Virus record (IMG/VR): IMGVR_UViG_3300027082_000001
Coordinates: 9,613 to 73,612 of that record
Source of the DNA: a virus
DNA: 64,000 nt
Reading direction: 5' to 3' (one strand)
Under the pieces are notes generated by a model. It was not told the DNA's origin. It made no database searches and saw only the letters and a program-made list of their open reading frames with translations. Made by a program: the position numbers and the translations under genes. Each line of letters opens with the position of its first letter. Positions within the stretch are counted from its first letter, which is position 1. Below are positions 10,391 through 19,700 of this stretch, in pieces.

Positions 10391-10577
10391 ACTTTGCAAC
10401 ATTTTCAAAGCACTGGCAGGGACGATAGGTATCGTCCTTGCCTTTATCATCATAGCAATCATTGGAGTTGCTGTGTCCTTTGTCGGCTTCTTTCTATTCT
10501 GGGGCCTCATCGGCATTGCTGTTGTCATGTGCATTTTCTTCGTCATCTGGGCTATGCTCGACGAAGCAAAGGATTGA
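10380..10577 (+). CDS. small membrane protein
   Basis: 65 aa, two long hydrophobic segments; overlaps upstream stop. Confidence 0.7.
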   Translation: MWTKLCNIFKALAGTIGIVLAFIIIAIIGVAVSFVGFFLFWGLIGIAVVMCIFFVIWAMLDEAKD

Positions 10578-10578
10578 T

Positions 10579-10734
10579 CTTATTGGTGTGGCAACCAATA
10601 AGGTCTTTGGCCACCCGGTTGGTGCTCAACAAATTCCGGCGTTACCAGACCTGACGATAGAGAGGTCTTCCCGGCATCACAGAGTAGGTCGTAGACAGCA
10701 AGCCACTGTCATCCTGTGCGGGGATAGAGTGGTC
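10579..10734 (+). ncRNA. candidate structured RNA of unknown class
   Basis: At least five stems found by eye in the gap between converging gene blocks; strand not established. Confidence 0.35.
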
Positions 10735-10753
10735 AGGGGTCGCTCCCCTGACC
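10731..10753. terminator. GC-rich hairpin between convergent transcription units
   Basis: GGTCAGGGG-tcgct-CCCCTGACC perfect 9-bp stem next to the vRNAP stop; no clear U-tract. Confidence 0.6.
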
Positions 10754-10759
10754 CCCCTG

Positions 10760-13700
10760 TTACCTATTCATCAGATTGTACCACGGGTTGAGTTCTGGTG
10801 CGTTAAACATCATTCCAAGACCCGTGGCATAACCCAATCGGTTCTCACCAATCACAGTGAAAATGTTGTCTCCAACCGGAGAACCGACATCTAATGCTGA
10901 GTTCACAGCCAGAGCACGTACTGGATTGTCCCGAAGCTGCTGCATCGCAATCTTCGTGATCCGCAGTTTGAAGGCCATGAACCACAGCATACCATACCCT
11001 TCCAAAGCGGAACGACTACGACCCGGAAGAACACTGTAGTTGACGAATTCTTCGTTCATCTGAGTCAGTGCCTTATCCTCGCTAAGTCCCTGTTCAATCA
11101 GGTGGTCGTAATAGATAGACTTAGCCAAGAAGTCCCCATACTGAGTGGCACGGTTTGCCACATGATAGATCTGCGTGGACTTCGACACCAATCCCACTCC
11201 AGCAAGATCACCGGCTTTTGGATGCACTTTGTTTGCCATGGCTTCCATGTACTCACCAATACGACCAGAAGACACTTCAACATCCATCTCCGTGAGACCT
11301 TCAACAAGCTGTTTGTACGCACCCGCAGCCAGCACAGGAGCGATGCTCATTTTCTGGTTCAGGTCTTCAAGCACCTTGATCTTGTCATCAATGATCTGAC
11401 GCTGCTTGTCGTTCCGAGCCAGAAGCATCTTCTTGGCATCCAGTTCGATGATCTTCGTCCGGTTCTTGTTGTACTCCTCAACTTCAGCCAGTTTCCGACG
11501 GAAGCTCTTCTGAATAGTTTTCACAGGCACACCACGAGAAGCCAACTGAACGATATTGGCCTGAAGGTTCACACTCGGAACCACAAGAGACCTAATCAAA
11601 ATCCAGTCTTTAGCTGTAGACACAGTATCTTGCAGAATCTCCTCACCACCTGTGAGAATACGCATGGCCTTGGTCCCAAGGAAACGCTCACTGACACCTT
11701 TCACAGTCGCTTGGAGAGCCTTGGGCAATCGAGTCTTCCCAGACCACATATCGGCCAGTGAGAACTCCCTGTAGCCTACTGAGAGGTTCACCATCGACTT
11801 AGGGACCATGACACCATCATCACCAAACAAATTCTCCATGTAGAGCTTGGTAGACTGAGGGATGAGGCTCCATGAGTCTTTGTAGATTGGATCGTCTGTT
11901 TTACTCAAATCAATGAAAGTGGCTTCTTCGCCTGCTTCTCGGTTGTCCCAGATATTCTTCAGTTCGTCAGCCAACTGTTTATTGTACTGATCTGCCAGAC
12001 TTTCTTCCACCTGACGACCCTGCCAAGCACCAAGCATCACAGCAAGGTTTTCATCACGACCCATGTGAGTGTCGATCATCTCTTGAGAGATAGACCGCTC
12101 GAAACCAATGATGTCACCATCAGGACCGAAAACAGGCATCAGGGCTTCTTGATCATTTTCCAGTTCCACAGACTCATCCAGTTGGTTCTCCATGATCCGT
12201 TGAATCGCACCATCTTCACCAGAGATGAAACCAGCAGTATCACCTGTCACAGTCAGTCCCGTGTTCACATCCACACCACGATAAGTCATAGCCACGTTCT
12301 GGACCACACCCTGAGAATAGATACCCTGACGACGGACAGTGGACACATAGTAGGACCGAGGAAAGATCGAATCAGTCTCCCCAGTGTACGAAATATTCAG
12401 CTTCTTGTAGCCTTTCCGTTCCATATCTCCTTCAGCCTCATCCAGAGCCACAGTGATGTGTACGTTCTTGGCTCCCTCGTTCGGGATGTAGCCTTTGTAT
12501 CCATTCAGACGGGCTTGCTCCGAGATGTCTTTGGCTTCTTCAGCCTCATTCAACTGTTGCAAATATGCCACAATCCCAAGGATCCCAACGGGATCTTCCT
12601 GCCACAGACGAACAGTTTCTTCCCGAGTCTGCGAATCCATCTTGTCCACAGCTTCAAGAGTGATCCACCGATCCAGCAGATCAATCGTAGCCTGATCCAC
12701 ATCACCTTCGAGGTTCTTCCCGATGGCATAAGCATTGCGAACCAAGAGTTTACCGACAGACTGTCCATTCATATAGGCAGCCAGTTGACGACCTTTTTCA
12801 ATGGCAGCTTGGAAGTTCGAACCAGACAGAGATTGCTGAAGCTGGGTTTCGATACGCTGCATTTCAGCATGACGAGCACCAGACTCTTCCATGAAACGCA
12901 TGGATCCCTTCATATTCTCCAGATCCACCATGCGAGAGAAGTCAGTCTTGGCCAGAGTCTGGAACATCGAAGTCCATTGTTCCTTAGTCGGAGCCTCTTT
13001 GAAGGACCGATCCAAGATCACCGGAAGATCTTGCCGGAATGCCTGACGCATACCCGACACAGAAGCGTTCACACGGTCGAGAAGAGCCACAACATTTTTA
13101 TTCTGAGCATCAGTCCCTACCATCTCCGACACCAGTTCCCGAATAGGAACCAAGGAAAGGAAGGGGATACCCATGTGAGTGACACGCTTGGCAGCCTTGT
13201 TCGTCAGATCAGTACCCGGCTTGTCCAGATAGTTAGTTGCGAACGTAGCAGCAGCCACAAGGTATTTCTGAGTATCCGAACGAATCGAAGCCTGCACCTC
13301 ACGGTTCTTGGCACGCATCAAATCAGCCGACTGGGTGAATTTCCCAGACACATACTCATCAGCAGCAGTAAGAGTTTCCGTGGCTTTCTTCAGTACACGA
13401 AATTCACGCTCCACATCATGATCAATAATTGTACCAGCCACAGTTGCTAGAACATCTGCCGGAACCTTATTGGTTTCCATCGACCCAGTAAGTTTCTGCA
13501 TCGTAAATGCAGCAGTCTTGGTCAGAAAATCATTTAGAGATCCATCACCAACCGGACCACTTTCCGGAGCAGGGATTTGATCCAGAGCATTCCGGAATTT
13601 CTCAGAGGTCTGGCTCAATGCGAAGAGTACAGCCACAGCATGACTCGGTTCTTTGGACTCACGAAGAGCATTCAGAACAGCAGAGTAGGTGTTACCTGCT

Positions 13701-16700
13701 TCTGAATCTGTGCCAAACATTTCAGGAGAGAGGTTGTCTTCGATGTGACCAAAGATCTTTGTCAGACCGATCAAAGCATTGCTGTTCAGTTTCATGTCAG
13801 ACAACACAATACCGTAGATCGCTTTGAAAGTGGCTTTGTCCTTGTTGTTCCGCAGCATTCCAGCTTGACGCAGGTTTTCCAAAACACGTTTAGCACGAGC
13901 TAGATCTAGAGAGGTTTTCATGAGTTTCGGATCTTGCGTCTCCGCAAGTCCTGCCATGTAGTCCTTGATGTTCTGGATCCAATAGTTCGTGAATTCACCA
14001 AACGGACCAGACGATTCCGAAGGACCACCATCTCCACCGTCATCTCCACCAGAACCATTGCCACCATTATCCACAGGAGTCGCGTTCAAAACACGAGTAT
14101 TGAACACCACCTGCGAGAACATATCAGAAGGGACACCACCCATCACACGACGAAGCAACTGGATTACCTTGTTTTTCATCGAAGCAAGGATATTGGCTTG
14201 CGTACCTTCTAGCTTCTGACGGACCTGAGAAGACGACAAAGCATAAGCCATGAACTCATTGAGAGCATTGGCATTTGCTACAGGAGTGTTCTTCACCAGA
14301 CGACGGTTGATGGCTGCCTGTGCTTCTCGGATCTTTTTCTCACCGTCCAGTTCCATGAACTGCGCCATAAGAGCTTCAAGTCGTTCCACAGCAGGGTTGG
14401 TCTCACCTTTATAGTGGGCCAGAACCTTGTTGTAGGTTGCAGCATGAACCATCTCATGAAGCAGGGTTTCACCCGTAGCAGTGGTCATGAAGACGATATC
14501 GTTTGCTGCATCGTACTGGCCTTTGGCTTTCAACACGACACCATCTTGAGCAACGTGCTCACCACGCCACTTATTCAGTTGATCAAGCGTACCAAAGACC
14601 ACACGAGTCTCACCCATGAGAGGTTTCAAGATCCCCACAACCTTCTTCTGAGCTTCAGTCCACCGAGTATTTTCCAGCACAGCTTTGCCCGTCAGAACAC
14701 GAACAGGAGTTTTCACTTGCTCTTGAGCATCAGGATCACGACCTTCCATCTCACGTTCGATTCGTTGGTTCACAGTATGAAAGTCCCATTCATGACCATC
14801 ACGAGTGAATCCCACATCAGAACCACCCATCTGATCGACAGACACAGCCATCTGTTTCATGACTTTCTTACGAGCACGGTTTTCTCGAAGACGACGCTGC
14901 ATCTGCTCCAGAAGATCTGCCGCATTGGAAGTCTGGACAGTCTCTTTTTTGAAGTCTCCAATGACTTCAGATTCTGCTTCTTGCAAGAGATCCGGATCCG
15001 AAATGGAATTAAGGAAACCTTCAAAATTCATAATTGGCATAGCCAGAACATCACGATCCCAAGACTTCAGAACCTGTTGATTCACATAAGGAGCATATTG
15101 TTTGATTTTGCCAACAGGAACGTCCACCCCATCATGAATTCCCAACACATCATTTGGTGCGTCTTTTGAACCAAAGATGAGATTCATCATCATCGCATCA
15201 CCCGTACCAATAACAATGTATGGAATAGCTTTGACTCCAACATCATCAGGACGACGCATTCTTGCAGGCTGTTTAAGCCTTTCATTGAAATTGCTAGAAA
15301 ACTTGAATGTTGTCAGTTTCTTTTGGAAACCACCAATAGCAAGAGTCTGATCATCAGACACAAATATTGGTCCTAGTTGGCTAAGTTCCTCTTCCAATTT
15401 TTTCCATTCTGCACGAGGAATTTGCCCATGAATTGGAACACCTTTCTTGTTTCGACCAATTTTACCTTCATTGGCCAGATGTTCTGCCAGTTGTTCGACA
15501 CGACGATCAAAGAGTTTCTGAAGATAACGATTCTGAATGTTGGTCGATAGGACCAGCATATCATTCAGTTCCTGAATACGATTACCCAGTACTTCACGAG
15601 TCGAGTCGGTTAGAACACGACCAATGGTGAACATGATCGACTTTCGGAAATTCTCCACTTGCTCTTTTGGAAAGACGAAATTTTCATCATATTCTTGAGG
15701 CAGTTTCAGACCCATGGTTGCCATGTCCTGCTCGAAGCCAGCATAAAACACATCATCTATAGTTGTTTCTTCAGTGAGAGTCTGAAGCTTTTCATAAAAT
15801 GCCAGCAGCATGTCATCTGCCACACCAATAGCAACACCCATCACACCTGAACCATAATTGACTTTGGTTACAGGATTTTTGGCTGTTTCTCTGGTCATTT
15901 TGTAAGTGTAAGTTCCGTCAGAGTTTTTCACAATCTCGAAATTACCAATAGATGCAGCCAAACGCTGTGCAGCAGCACGCTGTTCTTTTTGCCATGGTTT
16001 CAGACGATGACCACCCAAAGCCATCATTCGATCACCAACCTTACTCACGGTTTGGTAGAGATCGACATTTGTCTTATCTTTGAAATAGTCATTTAAGGTC
16101 ATTCCTTTTTTACCAAGGTAAAGACCCACACGCTTCAGATTCTCCCATTCATCTGGAGTAAACAAACCATGACCAAAGTTCACCATCATATTGGCTGCAC
16201 CATTGGTTTTACCATCCATCTCAAAGCTCTGAGACATACGAAATTCAGATTCACCATTCTCTTTGGCAATTTCCATAGAAGCAACAGATTCAATTGCACC
16301 CAATACTTCCGGATCAACTATTCCCACAACAGTTGCGAAAGCATCTGCATCAAACGAACCTTCTTCCAATAGTTCTTTTATCATGACCACAGCAGGACCA
16401 AAATCCTCTGCAAAGTCTTCTTGAATGTTTTTAATATGAGCTTCTTGATCAATCATCTCTGGTTTTATCAAACCAGTTGCTTGTCCAACACCTAACCAGA
16501 ACTCATCCATATCATTTTTAGAAGCAAAGCTAAGTGTATTCCACGTCGGAGTGGCAAGCATACGAAGCAGCTTGTTTGTCTGAGCATTTGGTCCTTGGTG
16601 GTGATGTCTACCTCCTTTAGAGATAGCAATAGGGTAGTAAATAGGTTGAGACACATCTCCTTCTAGAGACCCAACCAAATTCACCACATCTCGAATGTTC

Positions 16701-19700
16701 TTATCAATAGAAGCATTTTTTCCGATAGCAGATTTTCGAAGAATGACATGAGTCATATTTTCAGCATCAGGAATCCAACCAAGCATACGCATTAGAGGAC
16801 CGTCTCCCAAAGCTTCCAATAGTTTAAGACGAGCTTCATTTACATAATGAGGAATGTTTTGTTCTTGCTTTATAGCATTACGCTCAAGCTCAGACAAAGA
16901 TACATTTCCTCTGTCTTGATAAGAAGGAACGTGTTTGATCTTCTTACCAATTGAATACATCTCACGTTTTTCATTGAAAACTTTTTCACGAACTGTGTTT
17001 GGCACACCTTTTTGAGTACTCGAACGAATACGATCCTGAAGCTCTTTAAGTCGTGTTGTATTCACTTTAATAGAATCTGCAAAAGCAGTTTCTGTTACAG
17101 TAGATTTTTCTCCTGTATCTGGATTTATCACATCATAAGTGTATTGCTCTTTACTTTCGATTTTCAAAAATTCTACGATCTTCATTTTTTGCAAAGCAGT
17201 CAAAAGTTCTGCTGCAAAACCTTGAGCAATGCCTTGAAGATCTGCTTCAGCAGATTGCTCATTAGGTTTCAAGTTCATCAGACGAATAAAATCATCTGCA
17301 AGCTGGTCTTTAAGCTGACTCACTGGCACACTGTTAAGAATGTTTTTCAACATACTTTCATCAATTTCATTGATAGTTGTGCCAAGATCCTCAAGTGTAT
17401 CATCCAACTTATTGGGATCAATTGGATTTGCAGTTGCAATGAAATCTGTAATTACAATTGCAGCCATATCCATAATACGGTTGTCATATTGCTTTGTCTC
17501 AGGGTTTACAAACGTACCTGCTTGAAACTGAGTAAACTGAACCAGACCATCTTTGATAAAATCAATTACTCTCTTGTATCGACCACCGTTTCGTACATGT
17601 TCTTTGAGACGTTTATTCATAGTTTCTGCCAATTCAGGCAAAAGCTCACGAACTACAGAAACATGTTCCGGATTGAATTCAGCATTCTCCAGATCAGAAA
17701 TACTGTTCAGAGGAGCTTCAGTCTTACGAGTCTCATAGTGCTCATCCAGCATAGGATGAGTGACCACCGGGGTTGTTCCAGTGGTTTCACCCAAACCAGC
17801 TTCATTGTTGATTTCAACAACACCAGTATTGTAGATTTTACGACCAGTTTGGTATTGCTCTTCTAGCCACATTTGACGACCAGCAGCATCATCTATACCA
17901 ACGCGATTGATGTACTCCTCAGCAAATTGAAGCCATTTGGAATATAGATTCCTAGATCTTTCAGAATATCCTCGTTTTTTACTCCATTCGAGAGTATTTT
18001 CTGGTTTCACATTATCTGGGTAATTCCCACCATGAAATTCATCCGCAGACGTTTGCAAGGCCAAGTAATCGTATACCGTTTCTAGGTCAGCATCAGACAG
18101 ATTTTCTGGATTTCTATTCAAAAGATTTACAGGTACTTCCGGGACGTGTGTTTCCAAACGATATAGGCCATTTGGAATCTCTGAAGCATTTCCATCATAG
18201 AGTGGATAATCTTTTATTTCGGGGAAGGTTGATCCTTCAGCGGTATCTCCTCCGTCGGAGGTACTGGTGTCTTCGGTATCGGTTCCCAATTCCTCACCCG
18301 TCGTAGTCGCGTCCGTCGCTGTCGCTCCGGTCTCGTCTACTCCGTTCTCGGAATCGCTCACCTCTTCGTCAGCCGTTGGGTTTTCACCTAACAACTGATC
18401 AATAAGTTGAATTTTTCGACTCTGTGGAATTTGATCCCAACTACGTTTTGCAGCTTTTTCAATTGTATTATCTGATAGATTGGGAAATGCTTCAGAAAGT
18501 TCACCTTCTTTTCGTTCTTGAGACAGGTTTTCCCAAATTTCTTTTGCTTGTGTTTCTCGATCTTGATCAGAATTCTTTTCATTATTCGCTATGAACAAAG
18601 AAACATTAGGATCCCATTCCTTATTTTGAATACGATCTTGTGCAATGTCTTCCAAAAGATGAACATTATAATTTTCATCAGAATTAGGATAAATACCTGC
18701 ATTATCCATTGCTTTACGTTCTTTATTTGTAAGTTGAGAACGGTTTAGATCACCCTCTCTAGCAAGCATAAGTACACGTTGAGGAATTTTTGAATAATCT
18801 ACATCCTCGCTGGTGCTCGTCGCTTCCTCCCCTTTGGGGTCGGAAGACTCCTCGACACCCGTTGGTTGCTCGGATTCATTTACAGTATCAGCAGGTGTCA
18901 AAGACACAGGTTCAATTGCAGGCATATTTTCGAAGGTCTCAGGAAATTCTTTCCGGAGAGTGTTGTACACTTCGATCAGATCATTCTGGTCCTGTGCAAC
19001 CTGTTGCGCAAATGCAACACTATTGGGGTTGTCCGGAGAGTAAAATACTCCCCGAAGGTTGTTTGAACCAAGGGAAGAGCTTTGAAACTTGCCATTCACC
19101 AACCCTTCATAGTCTTTTTTGACTCCTTCACGGAGACCTTTCTTATTGGTAAAGCTCTCAGCAACAGAATCGTTCAATGCCTGCACTTTGTTCTTCATGT
19201 GCTGGGCAAAGTTACTCATTTGTTGAGTAACTTGTCGAACAGGAACTACCTCTCCTTTTTGGTTGATGACTGTAGCATCTGCGGGATAGGCACCTGTCTG
19301 TTCCCCGGATTGCACAGCACTCAGGATGTCCCGTGCGAAGTCATTGATGGACCGGTATTTGGCCTTTAGGTCATTGTCGGTCTTTCCTTCAGCGTGAATT
19401 TGCCGTGAAACTCCTTCCACAGTAAGATCACGTTTCTTCGGACGGGACGCCTGAGTGAGATTGATGTTCTCATTGGTCCGGATTTCCACCTGTTTCTCAA
19501 GGTTCCGGTTCACAATACGACCGATCTTTGAAGCCACACGCACATAACGTGCTTCTTCCGGAGTGAGATCTTCACCCGACTCTTCAAGAATCTTGTCAGC
19601 CACATCTGGATTGACGTTGGCTGGATTGGTTTTCGCCACATTCACAGTGGTGGTGACATCTGCTTCTTCCGGGTTACGGTTCAGATCAAGTTTCTCAGCC

